A stretch of DNA of 64,000 nt from Mobula birostris (lineage: Eukaryota): the NCBI RefSeq assembly GCF_030028105.1, contig NC_092401.1, forward strand, positions 7,846,984-7,910,983, written 5' to 3'. Positions 12,285-26,036 of the stretch are shown one piece after another. The position numbers and the translations under genes were made by a program. The notes below the pieces were generated by a model that saw nothing but the letters and a program-made list of their open reading frames with translations, was not told the DNA's origin and did not search any database. Numbering within the stretch: position 1 is the stretch's first letter; each line of letters opens with the position of its first letter.

Positions 12285-13385
12285 GGAAAGTCTGGCTGAG
12301 CAGTTATCCCGATCTGCTAGGGAAATAGTAAGAGAACCTAGAAAGCAGGGAACGGGAGCAGGACGAGAGGATGATATTAGGAAGAGACTGACAGTTCTCC
12401 GAGGGCAGCCCTCACCTCCTCCAGAAGAGCCATAAGGTTTGGCTAACTTTAAAAGTGCTGATAAACTAAACGGAAGCAAAAATAGACGGCGATATATCTA
12501 TCTCAAGAAATACGTGTTATAATGTGGATTTTATATTACTCAATTTTTCAAAATTCATTTACTCATTCCTTTTTCCCGACCTAAATGAGAATATATACGT
12601 GGGAGGAATACACAGGGAAATCATTTCTGGGTAATGGACATAGTTTTTTTTTTACTTACTTTTATAGGTACTGCAACGGGGACTCACAACCCACAGGTAG
12701 GAGGGGCTATCCCCCACAGCTAGACGTTTCTTCTAGCCCAACCCAGGGTCATCTAGAGACCCCAGCCTTGGAATCACACCTTCGTTACCTTTTTTTTTAT
12801 TATTTGCGTTTCTTGGTTCTTATTTGTTCAGGGAGTAGATTGATTGTTATATTCTGCAAATTTCAATGCTATACTAACAGATAAATACACATGGCTAAGG
12901 ACAAAGTAAAATTCATTTATTTTAATGTCAATGGGCTGTTGAATCCAGTCAAGCGCAGTAAAATTCTATCAAAAATGAAAAAAGAACAAGCCCATGTAGT
13001 ATATTTACAGGAAACTCACTTAAGTGATAATGAGCATGGAAAATTAGAGAGAATGGGCTTCACTAATTTGTTTTTCTCCTCATATAAATCAGGACATAGA
13101 AGAGGTGTTGCTATTCTCATCTCAAATAAGCTAAATTTTGAAAAAGTATTCGAAATGGGAGATAAGGAGGGCAGATAGATTCTGGTAAGGGGGAATATAG
13201 TTTGGAAATCCAGTTACTTTATTGAATATATAAGCACCCCCAGGAAGTGATACTAGTTTCTTCTAGAAAATTACTAATATTATGGTAACGGAAACAGAAG
13301 GTCTCTTGATATGTGGCGGAGACTTAAATTTACAATTACAACCAAAGTTAGACTCTTCCAATAGAACTATAAAACTATAAAACCA
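12285..13385 (+). mobile_element. L1 fragment (ORF1 end, spacer, ORF2 endonuclease start)
   Basis: ORF 12891-13178 MAKDKVKFIYFNVNGLLNPVKR...YLQETHL...RGVAILI, then CGGDLN. Confidence 0.8.
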
Positions 13386-13742
13386 TCGATCATCTTAAAA
13401 CCCACGGCTCCCCTGATTTCTCACGTCCCACTCAATCATCGTGTCTTACATTCATTTCCGCTCTTTATGTTAAAAATTGACTTGCGTCTGCGTAATGAAT
13501 TTCACAAAATCTTTTTATGTTTTATGGTAAATAAATAGATTTTTGACGAGTATCTTTTGCAAGAAATTCGGATATCAATGTCAATTTACAGGAAAAGTAT
13601 CCAGAAACTTCAGGACCATGATGAGAATCTTTTCTGACTGTATGGGAGGTAACTATTACTTTGGTAACTACAAAGCATTCAATTAATTCAAAGAAAGACA
13701 TGGGAGTCCTAAATACGAGATTACTTATTAAGCAAGGTATCA

Positions 13743-15625
13743 TGTAGTGACGCGACAATGTATTCATTTTGTGTATTTTTACACATAACCAGTAATTAAT
13801 TATTAAATAAATAATTATTTAATCGAACAAGAATACTTAACCAATATACACACACATACAAAATTGCTCAAATATTATTGAAATGTTAAAAACACAATAC
13901 TCCTCCCTGCTTAGCTATGAACTGCAAATCAATATAGAATGTATTCTACTAGATTCACTGTTTATTAAATAATGCAACTACTATATACAGACATCCCAAG
14001 CATTAGTTAATATTTTGAATTGTCTCATTCATGCCTAAAGATGTAATCGCTGTGGAGGCTTTCTTACTCTTGCAGAATAAGATATTTACTGACAAGGGGG
14101 TAATCACTCTGCTTCGCAGGTGAGACTTGTGGCTGTGAAAACTATCTCAGGTTCTGGGGCCCCCTCCATGGTGTTTGTGGGATTTGATTCCGAGACTGCA
14201 GGATCCTCCTTCCTCATTTAGTTCACTGACTGGAGTATGCTCTTATTAATCCTTCTATTACCCCCTTAAGGATCGGATCTCGCCTCGTGGTTTCCTCATC
14301 CACAACATTATCTGACGAAACCTCTGATTTTGTATCTCCATGACTGTTTTCTTTTTGGCCTTCTCTGCATCCAGCTGGGCTTTGGTCTTTGCATCTACTT
14401 CTACAAACAGCTTTCTGTCTCCCCCTGAAGCTCATGCAATAACCTTAATGCACACTGTGTAGATTCTTGTTCTTTATACTCACAAAAGCCAAAAGCTTGC
14501 AACTTCCCTAAATAGCGGGAGGTATTCCCGGTGAGGGACAAAAAGGTTGGTCTTGGGATTTTGTTCGTCGGGAAATGATGAAGAGAGAAGACAGTGGGGA
14601 GAACCGGTCATAACAGACGATCCGGTGGGAGACCCGTTTGTACGAGATGGATTGCGAGTGACGTTCGGAAGGTGGTGTGTGCGTTCACGTTGACCGAGGA
14701 CCCAGCGCCTGAGTGACAGAGAAGTTTAAGATGAGCTCCAATTTGTGCACATTTGACTGTTTAATTAGAATGGGCCCATTCATTTTTTGTTATTCTTTAC
14801 TAGCCCTTTAGTTAAGTTAAGATTCATAAATATAATTCCTTTAATCGTATGCAGTATTTTGTGTCACAAACTTGTAACAGGGTGGCAAATTACACAGTAT
14901 CCACACAAACCTGGCTTTGGGGTGGGACGAGCCGTCTCCATCTCACGAATTTGGCAGGACTTGAGAGTGTTTTCCCCAGACTTACGTAGCCAAAGAAACC
15001 AGGGCGTTTCACAAGTTTCGCCTTTAAATCTGGATTTGTTTGGTGTACGTGAGCCCCTCCCACAACGTTACACAATTTGTTGTCTAGGCTGGTTTCTGCT
15101 TACGAGCTGCAAATTTATTCGCGCTCAATTTCATTCTTGACTGGAACTCAGTTGCGTTTGTCTGCTGTATCCATTGAAACAGCAATTTAAACTTCTCTTT
15201 TAAATACAAGACGTGCTTCAGTTAGCAGCATTTTTTGGAAGCTTTCTTTAAGATTCTACAAACTAAATGATCTCTCAGTGCATCATTTAGCCCATTACCA
15301 AACTGAGAATACTCAGACAATCTCCTCAATTCAGCCACATACGCTGAAAACGACTCCTTGTTTTTGATTCTACTTATGAAACCTAAAGCGTTCTGTAATC
15401 AACAGTGGCTTTGGTTCCAAATGTTTCTGCATTACTTTGACAATATCAGCAAAGCTAATTTTGGATTGTTTAGTAGTTGGAGCATTTAAAAAACTTCGAA
15501 GCAAACTGTATGTCTTTATGCCCAATGCACTTAGCAAAATTGGTGCTTGTTTCTCATTGCCGATTATGTTTTTCCTGATGTCACTGCACGTGTTGGGCTG
15601 CGTAATTTTGCTCGCCATCTTTTGC
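13743..15625 (-). mobile_element. Heavily deleted Ty3/Gypsy element
   Basis: gag-like ORF 15370-15618 (LLSALGIKTYSLLRS...HLEPKPLLITERFRFHK), PPT-like agcagggaggag near 13900 and a short LTR ending ...actaca at 13743. Confidence 0.55.
14500..15011 (+). mobile_element. Partial solo LTR
   Basis: Similar to 20480-20987. 5' part missing. Confidence 0.7.
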
Positions 15626-16529
15626 TTACATCATTCTGGTAAACCTGTTCTGTGCCCTCTGCAAAGCCTTCAAATCCTTCCTATAAGGTGGAAATCAGAA
15701 CTACACATGGTACTCCAAATGTGAACAAACCCAAAGTTTAATACAGCTGCAATGTGATTTCCCAATCACAATGTCCTAATCAATGGCAGCAACAGAAGAA
15801 TCTCAAGGCATTTTACAAGTGTATTGGAGGCAAGATGGTAGGAGTCAAAAAGTTATGTGCAATCATGGACAATGGAGAGCATTTGGTCACAAAGGCAGTG
15901 GAAGTGGGTGAGGTCCTTAATGAGAACTTTTCATTGGTGTTCACCAGAGAGAAGATCATAGGTGATGGTAAGATTAAAGAGGAGTATGCTGATTTGGTAA
16001 AGGATAGACTTATTAGTAATGGGCAGCCTGGCTTTCTCATCGGGAGGTTCACTCACACAAGCTTAACTGGATTTTTTGAAGGAGTGATGCAGATAATTTG
16101 TGATGGTTGGACAGTGGGTGTTGTCTACATGAACATCAGTAAAGTATTTGACAAGGTACCTTATGGTAGGGTGGTCCAGATCACAAGGGGTTCTGCGGAT
16201 GCTGGAAATTCAAGCAACTCAGCAGGTCAGGCAGCATCTATGGCAGGGAATGCACAGTGAACATTTTGGGCCAAGACCTTGATCCGTTATAGGGCTCCTC
16301 TAAATATAGTCTGGTCCAGAGGGTTTCTTTACCACCCTGACCATTTGTTCTGCTGCCTTCAGCAAGCTGTGGACTTGTACCTCAAGATTCCTCTGTAGAT
16401 CCATGTTCCCAAGGGTCCTGCCATTGACTGTAGACTTTACCCCAGTATTTGACCCTTCAAAATGCATCATTTATTCTTGTCCTGATGAAACTCTAGCTGT
16501 TATTTCTCTGCTTGAATTTACAATTTATC

Positions 16530-17860
16530 ATCAGCATGTGTCATGAAATTGTTAACTTAGCAGCAGCAGTTCAATGCAATACATAACATAGAAAAAGAGG
16601 GAGGGACAAATAAATAAACAAACAAACAAATAAATAAATCAATAAATCAATCAATCAATCAATCACAATCAATGAATAGATTATAAATCATGCAAGAAGA
16701 CCAGAAATAATATACATTTAAAAGGTGAGTTAGTGCTCACGGGTTCAATATCCATTTAGGAATAGGATGGCAGAGAAGAAGCTGTTCTGAATCTCTGAGT
16801 GTGTGCCTTCAGGCTTCTGTACCTCCTCCCTGATTGTAGCAGTGAGAAAAGGGCATGTCCTGGGTGCTGGAGGTCCTTTCAAATGGACGCTGCCTTTCTG
16901 AGACACCGCTCCTTAAAGATGTCCTGGGTATTTTGTAGGCTAGTACTCAAGATGGAGTCCACTAAATTTACAACCCTCTGGAGCTTCTTTTGGTCCTGTA
17001 CAGTAGCCCTCCCCAATACAGGCAATAATACAGCTTGTCAGAATGCTTTCCACAGTACATCTATAGAAGTTTTTGAGTGTATTTGTTGACATCCAAATCT
17101 CTTCAAACTCCTAGTGAAGTATAGTTGCTGGCTTGCCTTCTTTATAACTGCATCACTATGTTGAGACCAGGTTAACGCCTCAAAGATCTTGACATCCAGG
17201 AACATGAGCAGAAGTTGCTCACTCTTTCCACTTCTGATCCCTCTATGAGGATTGGTCTGTGTTTCTTTGTCTTACCCTTCCTGAAGTCCACCATCAGTTC
17301 TTTTGTCATACTAATGTTGATTGCCAGGTTGTTGCTGTAACACCACTCTACTAGTTGGCATCTCTCACTCCTGCACGCCCTGTCATCTCCATCTGAGATT
17401 CTACCAACAAATGGTGTATCATCAGCAATTTTATAGATGGAACTTGAGCTATGACTAGCCACACAGTCACACACAGTCATGAGTACAGAGAGAGTAGAGC
17501 AGTGGGATAAGCACACACCCCGAGGTGCACCAGTGTTGATCATCAACAAGGAGGAGATACGTTATCAGCAATCCACACAAGATGTGGTCTTCCAGTTAGG
17601 ATGTCAAGGATCTGTAACAAGAGACCCAGGTTCTGTAACTTCTCAGTCAAGATTGTGGGAATGATTGTGTTGAATCAATAGTCGATGAACAGCATCCTTA
17701 CATAGGAGTTTGTATTGTCCAGGTGGTCTAAGGCCATGTGAAGAGCCATTGAGATTACATCTACCATTGACCTATTGTGGTGACAGACAAATTCCAATGG
17801 GTCCATTTTGTAGCTGAGGCAGGAGTTCAGTGTAGCCATGACCAACCTCTCAAAGCAAAT
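16530..17860 (-). mobile_element. Rex1/Babar-type LINE 3' part
   Basis: ORF 17172-17549 INTGAPRG...IYKIADDT...NNLAINISMTKELMVDFRK. Confidence 0.8.
16608..16672. repeat. Compound tetranucleotide microsatellite (AAAT/AAAC/CAAT)
   Basis: Directly visible. Confidence 0.85.
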
Positions 17861-20354
17861 CTGTTTTCTGCTCCAACAACTCCACTAATTTCCATCTCAT
17901 CTATACACTTCACGATCAAAGCACATAAAATTTTCATAAAACTCATGAACATATATTACAAAAAAGAACCCCCAGCACTAAGAGTTACAGAATATCAGTG
18001 GTTACTGTCCTCTCATCATGAACAACCTGCCATCACTACCCTCTGTCTTCTGTGACAAAGTCAAATTTGCTCCAATTTATCAACTCACCAATGATCCAAT
18101 TTTGACTAAATCCTCTGGATCAGCCAGTATTTAGTACAGAGACCCTACAGCAGATGAGTTTCTTGGCCTGAAATGTCAACTGTGTACTCTCCACTGTAGG
18201 TGTTGCCTGATTTGTTGAGTTGGTCCAGCTAAAGCATGTTGCTCAATATTTCCAGCATCCACAGATCACCTTGTGTTCTAGACCACCAGACCATGAGGTA
18301 CCTTGTCAAACATTATAGTGATGTTCATGTAGATGACATTCACTGCCCAACCAAAACAAATTCCCTGCATTGCTTGCTCAAAAAGTCCAGTTTGGCTTGC
18401 AAGAGCTCACCTCCCCATGAGAAATCCAGGCTGACTATTACCAATGAGTCTATTCATTACCAAATCAACATACTCCACCTTAATCTTACCATGATCTATG
18501 ATCTTCTCTCTGGTGAACACCAATGCAAAGTTCTCATTAAGGACCTCACCCACTTCCACTGCCTTTGTGGCCAAATGCCACCTATTGTCCAGAATTGGAC
18601 CTACACTCTTGATTCACAATGTACCTATAAAATGCCTTGAGATTCTCCTTAATCCTACTTGGCAAGGACATTTCTTCACCCTTTGTAATTCTCCAAATTT
18701 TGGGTCAAATTTCTTCCCTGCCTCCTTCATGTTCTCAAGGGTTTTGTCTGATTTCAGTTTCCTATCATTGTATCATTTCTTAATGCATGCATTACTAAAT
18801 GACAATAAAAGAGGAGGTGTGTGTCCTCATAATCTAATCTAATCTAATCTAATCTAAACGTTACTTATGCTCCCTTTATTTTTTACTATACATTCAATAA
18901 CTCTTGTCACTCATGTTCACCAATGCTTCCCATGTTTTACATTTTATCCACACAAGGACATGCGCACCCTGAACTAAATTGGCCTATAAAACACATTCAT
19001 CTCTGGACAGGATCTTAACAAATACACAGTACTTCATGAAAACAGGAAAAGATTCACGTTATTTTTATAAGTCAGAATTTTTTCCTGTCACAGTAAAGAC
19101 AATATGTAATACAGAGTAACCAACTTCTGCATTAAATATTTTCAACTCTTGCAAGGTCCTCAGAGAAGCTTATCAAAAAGCACAGATGTCCCAAGAATCT
19201 ATAAGCCTGAGGACTGGAAGCAGCTTTGGAAGCAGGGATATTGACCAAGAAAAGATAAAAGAAGGAGTATTTAGAACAAGAATAAAAAGACAAAGAGGAA
19301 AGTAAAGTAATAACAGCCCGCATCAAACATTCACCCGGCAGAAATCTGCAGGGTGTTCAAGCAGCATCAGTGGGAGAAAAGGAAAGGTTGATTTTGAGTT
19401 GAAGCCCTTCATCATGACAGAGTGGGAGAAGTGAGATGGTCCCCCAGGAGGAGTGGTGAGACAGACCAAAGTGATTAGTGAGCTGACAAGGTGGAAGATG
19501 ATAGACCTCTGTACCAGGTTGAGGAGAAAAAGGCTTGGAGTGGAGTTAGGAGACACTGACGGTGGATTAGACAGAGGCAGAAAAAGGGAGGCAGATGGAG
19601 CAAAGTGTGAGGAGGGGAGTGTTCAGTCTGGAGACAGCTACAGCAGGTAGATAAGCAGGAACACAAAGGGCCACCAGTGCTAGTATCTGATAAGCAAGGA
19701 CTTGAGATTGGGATCTATTAGTGGGGAGTTGAATGGCAACTGCTTAGAGAAAGATTTGCATTTATGGGTTATAGTGTTTAAGAGGCACATCGCACAGAGT
19801 CAGAAACAGAAGGTAAAGTTCTCAGCATGGTGAGTACTCTCTGAAGTCAAGGAGAGTCAGAGGATAGACAATATCTAGAGGTGGAAGGTAGCTTACAAGG
19901 CACCTGAAAACAGGATTAACTACGTGCAGGGAGAGAGAGGCCAGCAAGTGCATTTAAACACAGGAAAGACAGTATAAATCTGGCATTTTGGCCGGTGTTA
20001 ATGAACTACGTGAATGAGTTCTGAGCTGTGTGGTTTGAGCCTTACCTCATTTCCCCTGATGTAGAAATTCCAACTAAACTTAGAAAGAGAATCATTGTGG
20101 GAGAAGCACCTACATACCAAGAATCACCCTCAGAGAATCTCCAAATTTTAGAGCAGAGAGTTTGCACCAATCCAAACCTCAATCAGTCCATGTTCAACAA
20201 AGCCAGACTTGAAGGAATCAGAATGTAAGTTGAAGGAAGTTGTGGAGAAATGGACGGGCACATTTAAGATTCAATGAACTGCATTACAGAGAGATAATGC
20301 AGACGCGCATGGTGAAAGATGGAATGAGAGTGGGACTTGCCCATGACATCCAGG

Positions 20355-20987
20355 TGTAAAGCCCTGCTTCACATCTTTACTGTGATGCTGTAGGGATTTC
20401 ATTGAGCAGCTCTGCTCTGCTGTCAGCCAGTTTGGGTTATTGCTGAAGATAAGGGATGATGTGCAATGTGTGCCATCCAATCAGCAGGAGGTTTTCTTGC
20501 TGAGGGACAATAAGGTTGGTCTTGGGTTTTTTGTTTGTCGGGAGATGATGAAGAGAGAAGACGCTGGGGAGAACCGGTCATAGCATACGATCCAGTGGGA
20601 GACCTGTTTGTTCGCGATGGATTACAAGTGACATTCAGAAAGTGGTGTGGGCGTTCACGCTGACCGTAGGCCCAGCATGTGAGTGCCAGAGAAGTTCAAG
20701 ATGAGCTCCAACTTGTGCACATTTGACTGTTTAATTAAAATGGGCCCTAATGCTATTTGTAATTCTTTACTAACCCTTTAGTTAAGATTCATAAATATAA
20801 TTCCCTTGATTGTACGCAGGGTCCTGTCCGTTATTTGGTGGCACTAATTTGTAACAGGGTCACAAATTACCCAGCCTCCACATAAACCAGGGTTTGGGGA
20901 GGGACGAGCCATCTCAATCTGAAGAGTTTGTGGGACTTGAGAGCGTCTTCCCTCAACTTACGCATCCAACGAAACCAGGGTGTTTCA
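20355..20987 (+). mobile_element. Solo LTR (Gypsy type)
   Basis: TGTAAAG...TTTCA with 4-bp TSD CAGG. Related to 14500-15011 and 45448-46016. Confidence 0.8.
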
Positions 20988-21149
20988 CAGGGAAAACTGG
21001 CATATTGGATGCTGAATGGGCACATGTGGATGATGAGGTGTTTGGTTTTGTGGTTGGAAGCTTGTGACCTGTGGTGTACCACAGTAATCGCTGCTGACCT
21101 TCCTAGCTTCTGCTATAAGTATGAACTTGGAGGTGAATGCAGTTGGTTA

Positions 21150-22650
21150 GTGCATAGATGAGACGAACATTGACTGTTTTGTTGACAGGAGTGTTATCAA
21201 CTGCCAGATGATATTGAAGAGTTGGTAATGTGGGTAGAGCCATGACTGATGGAATTTAATCTCAGTTGGCGTGAACACAGTGGCCAATGGGAACATCTCT
21301 GTGTTGTGTCACTCTGTGACCAACTTACTACTGAACAGGACAAGGGCCATGACTACTTTTAAGGCAATCCAGGAGTAACAGATTTTAACTGGAGGACGTG
21401 ACTCAGCAAAGAACTTAATGTGGCTGAGTTGAAGAAGACCAAAGACTGGTGTCTAGAGAGATTGATGGGGGTAGTGCAGTAGATGTTGTCTACATGGACT
21501 TTAGTAAGGCATTTGACAAAGTTCTTCCTGGGAGGCTAATCCAGAAGATTAAGATGCATGGGGTCTGGATTGGGTGTTTGCATTCAGAACTGGCTTGCCA
21601 ATAGGTGACAGAGGGTAGTGGTTGAAGAGACTTATTCGAGCTGCAGGTCTGTAATTAGTGGAGTTCTGCAGGGATCTCTGCTGGAACCTCTACTGTTTGT
21701 GATGACTTGGACGAAAATGTGGATGAGTGGGTTGTAAGTTTGCAGATGATATCAAGATTGGTGGAGTTGTGGTGAGTGTAGAGGACTGGCAAAGAATACA
21801 GCACAACATAGATCAGTTGGAGATATGAGCAGATAAATGGCAGATGGAGTTTAACCCTGATAATGTGAGGTGTTACACCCTGGTAGGGCAAATGCAAGGA
21901 AACAGTACACAGTTAAGGGCAAGATCCTTAACAGTGATGCTGAGTAGAGAGATCTTGGGATCGAAGTTCACCGTTCCTTGAAAATGGCTACACAGGTTGA
22001 TGAGGTGGTTAAGAAGGTTTATGGAACGCTTGTTTTTATTAGTCAAAGCACTGAGCTCAAAAGTCAGGGGAATATGTTGCAAATTTACAAAACTGATTAG
22101 GCCACATCTGGTGTATTGCATGCAGTTCTGGTTGCTCCACAATATGAAGGATGTTGAGGCTTTGAAGAGGCTGCAGAAGAGGTTTACCAGGATGTTGCCT
22201 GGTTCAGAGGGCATGTGCTATCAAGACAGGCTGGATAAGCTTCGATTGCTTTCTCTGGATCGCCCAAGGCTGAGGGGTGATCTGACAGAGAACTACAAGA
22301 GAGGCAGACACAAGGTGGATAAAGAGTATCTGTTTTCTGGGGGGTTGAAACATCTAGTGCCAGACGGGTGGCATTGAATGTGAGAGCGGACAGGTTCCAG
22401 GTGGATGTGAGGGGTCAGTTTTTTGCTCAGTGTGGTGAATGTCTGGAATACGCTGCCTGGTACGGTGGTAGATGCAAATACATTGGAGGTTTTTAAGAGA
22501 CGTTTGGATAGGCACATGGATGTAAGGAAGATGGAGGGACATGGACATGGTGTAGATCGGAGAGATTGGTGTTTGGGTGTTTTTGATTTGCTTTTTATCT
22601 GGTTCGGGCCAAATGGCCAGTTCCTGTGCTGTCGCTTCTATGTTCTATGA
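21150..22650 (+). mobile_element. Degraded CR1 LINE
   Basis: [16 protein letters not shown] and LIRPHLVYC remnants; ttctatg tail at about 22645. Confidence 0.85.
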
Positions 22651-22684
22651 AGAACTGGGTGGCTGGTTCTGTTGCACAGTCTTG

Positions 22685-23185
22685 AGGGCACCACAGTGGC
22701 ATGGCAGTTGGCACAATGCTATTGCAGATCGGGGCATCAGGAGTTCACTCCTAACGTCCCCTGTAACACGTCTGTACGTCCTCCCCGTGGAGTGCGTGGG
22801 TTTTCCCCGGGTGCTCTGGTTTCCTCCCATAGACCAAACACATATTGGTTATGAGGTTAATTGTCCTTTACAAACTGTCCCGTGATGAGTCTAGGATTAA
22901 ATGGGTGGTTTGCTGGTTATGAGGTTAATTGTTCTTTGTAAACTGTCCCATAATGAGTCTAGGATTAAATCGGTGGGTTGCTGGTTATGAGGTTAATTGT
23001 TCTTTGTAAACTGTCCCATGATGAGGCTAGGATTAAATCGGTGGGTTGCTGGTTATGAGGTTAATTGTTCTTTGTGAACTGTCCCGTGATGAGTCTAGGA
23101 TTAAGTGGGTGGTTTACTGGTGGTGTGACTCGAAGGGCTAGAAGAGCCTGTTCTGTACTGTGTCTCAATAAATAAAAACAATAAA
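22685..23185 (+). mobile_element. SINE with internal 68-bp tandem amplification
   Basis: SINE head and body, then four units starting at 22846, 22914, 22982 and 23050, then an A-rich tail. Confidence 0.8.
22846..23117 (+). repeat. Minisatellite, 68 bp x 4
   Basis: Unit tggttatgaggttaattgttctttgtaaactgtcccatgatgagtctaggattaaatcggtgggttgc. Confidence 0.95.
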
Positions 23186-23990
23186 AAATAGATGGTGAGA
23201 AACATCTGCAGAAACTTGTGGGTGTTGGACATTGTGCCTGATGTGTGATCAAGCACACTGGAGTGAGACATGGCTTCAGTTACTTCCAACACCAACCATG
23301 GTGTGAAAAGATTCTTCTCACCAACAATGATGTTTAATCATGCTTCACCGACAAAATACATTTTCTTCAAAATATACATTCACTTCATTAAAATTTATTA
23401 TACAAACATGTTGACTAGAAACACCCTTTTATATCAATATCGACAATGTTGCTGAGTGGTAGGAACATGAACAGCAGTGCTGAAAATATTGTCTGCACAA
23501 GACATGGTTTATGGATGTCTATGTAATGAAACACACAGTAAATATCCAGTCACCGGCTGCAACAAAAGCTTAAAGATATGACAGTGAAACACGTACTGAT
23601 AAACTTGTAATGCTGTAACAGAAACAGTTTATAATACAGTATAAAGTATTTGCAGTTCGATTGAGTCCACAATGTAGTTATGTAAATACAATAAGCTCAA
23701 GGCAGTGATAAGTGGTGAGCCTGATTATTTCGATTTCGGAAACAGAACTGGGTGAGTCCAAAACTGAGGCAAAAATGAGATGAATTTAACACGAAAAGTA
23801 ATTTAGAAATAATTAGGAGTTAGAGGAAAAAATGGACATCTGACAGTTAATGTAATCACACTGGGGTAGAGTAATGGTGAGAAAGTGTATGTAATTGTGT
23901 AACTATTAGCTCTCAGTTAATGGTAGGGGTCCATGGCATCAAAATGGTTGGGAACACGTAACTGATAGGTTGCGTAGTGGGCCGTATCAG

Positions 23991-24105
23991 ACTGAGTCTG
24001 TGTACAGGAAGGAGACAGATAGACAAATAACTGCATCAGTGTACAGGAAGGAGACAGATAGATAAATAACTGAGTCAGTATGCAGGAAGGAGCGAGATAG
24101 ACAAC
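23991..24105 (+). repeat. Tandem repeat, about 39 bp x 3
   Basis: Unit actgagtcagtgtacaggaaggagacagatagataaata. Confidence 0.85.
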
Positions 24106-25803
24106 AATCCTTCCCAGTGCAGGAAACACCAAAGAACTGGTCACAAGAAACTGCAGGGGGTGTAGACACAGCTCAGCACATCATGGAAACCAGCCTCCCT
24201 TTCAGAGACTCTGTCTACGTTTCATCTGCCTGAGTACAGCAACTGGCATCGTCAAAAACCCCTCCCACCCCGGACATTCTCTCTTCACCCCTCTCCGTAT
24301 GGGCAGGAGATACAAGAGTCTGAAAGCACATAGCACAGGCTCAGGGACTGCTTCTACCCCACTGTTTCAGTACAATAGACTCTTGACCTCACAACCTGCC
24401 TCATTATGCTCTTGTACCTTATTTTCTGCCTGCACTACACCCTCTGTCACTGTTACACCTTACTCTGTGTTCTGATATTGTTTTCCCTTGTACTGCCTCA
24501 GTGCATTGTGTGATGAATTGATCTGTATGTACAGAAACCAAGACAAGCTTTTCACTGTATCTCTGTACATACGACGATAATGCACTCATTCCAATTCCAG
24601 TTCCAGAGCACAAGCTCCTCTGGCAGTAACCACAATTTCAATGGACTCTCAGAACTATTCTGGCTGCAAGATTATTTGAATTACTCTCCCTCCCAGATCC
24701 GACCTTGTTCTAAATGCAGAGCATAAATGGTAGTCAAGTGTTGAACAAGGGTGGACAAATATATGCCAATATTTATGCATATTTGACACCATATCTCTAC
24801 TTTGAACTTTAATTTTATATTAGTCTTTACTATTGTTGTTTTTGTTGCAGGTCACACCAACACACAGAGAAAATTCCTAATTGTAGATGGCAAATAAAAT
24901 TGATTCTCTCTTTATTAAGATATTTGTTTAAAATGAAGATTGATTTGTCCTTGGCTCTTCTCACCTGCCTTTCACCTCCCCCTGGTGCTCCTCCTCTTTC
25001 CCTTTCTCCTCTGATCAACTAACCCCTCCTATCGGATTCTTCCTTCTCCAGCCCGATACCATTCCCACCCACCTGGCTTCACCTCTCATCTTCTAAATAT
25101 TTTCCTTCCCCTCACCCTATGTTTAATTCTGTTCCTCCCAGAACCGGACATCAATCGACACCAGGGGATGATTAAAAAGCAAGAGAGAGACACCTTGTGG
25201 TCTGGGAAGGGAACTGCAGAGTTTAATACTGAAGGCAGCTGCAAGCACAGCTCCCCCTAGTGCAGGGATGAATCAGCAATGGGCAGTCAGAAAGTCCTCG
25301 GGGAGTTGTGTAACTGGATAACAGGGATAGAAAGCGATCGGATATCGACTATTTAATCCAGAGGATGAGAATGTTGCGAAAGGTGTTGCCTCACATTTTA
25401 TCCACTTGTAACATAATATGAAGACAATATTTGTGTCATTTAAGCAGATAGTTACCACAGAAGTAGATGATTGCAACACGTGAACAAGTCTGTGATCCAA
25501 CGGTAATTTCCATGAGTGGGACGGAAACTTGCCAGGCTCAGATGGCCTTACTGCTGAAATAGTCTCAATGCCCATGTTCAGGTGCTGACTCCGTGTTCGT
25601 AGAAATCCAAATCAACTTTTGAATGAGTTGACTCAAAACAGCCCGGAAATCAACACTCTTGGGAATGAAGTGTCCTTGCATTTAGCACAGTATATGTTGC
25701 CGGTAGACTGTAGTATTAGAATCAGAGTCTCCCTCAATAACAATATTCATAAAATTATTATTTTATCTGTGCAGGATTGAATAATACCATATATATGAGT
25801 TCT

Positions 25804-26036
25804 TTAGTGGTTATTGTTTAGAACTCCGTCTGAATTCACTTCTGTTAAAGGAAAAGATTCCTGATCAATCCCAGAAGGGATTTCCTGATTTTTGTGGGGT
25901 GCTGCATTCTTGACCTCGTAATGCCCTGTTTTCTGAGCTCTGTTTCTTCGGATGCAGGCGACGACCAGCACGACTAACAGTATTAGGATGAATGGCGAGA
26001 TTATCAGCACCATCTTCCAAACATCATCTGGGAAAC
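25804..26036 (-). CDS. Exon 10: TM helix and cytoplasmic tail
   Basis: [47 protein letters not shown]...NNNH*. Acceptor ttttgtgcag. Hydrophobic segment followed by a basic stop-transfer sequence and a GxYxV motif recalling VCAM/ICAM tails. Confidence 0.9.

Noticed and set aside
24911-24916. AATAAA (minus) as the ICAM poly(A) signal
   Set aside because: Plausible, giving a 3' UTR of about 0.9 kb, but several ATTAAA hexamers lie closer to the stop. Cannot be chosen without transcript data.
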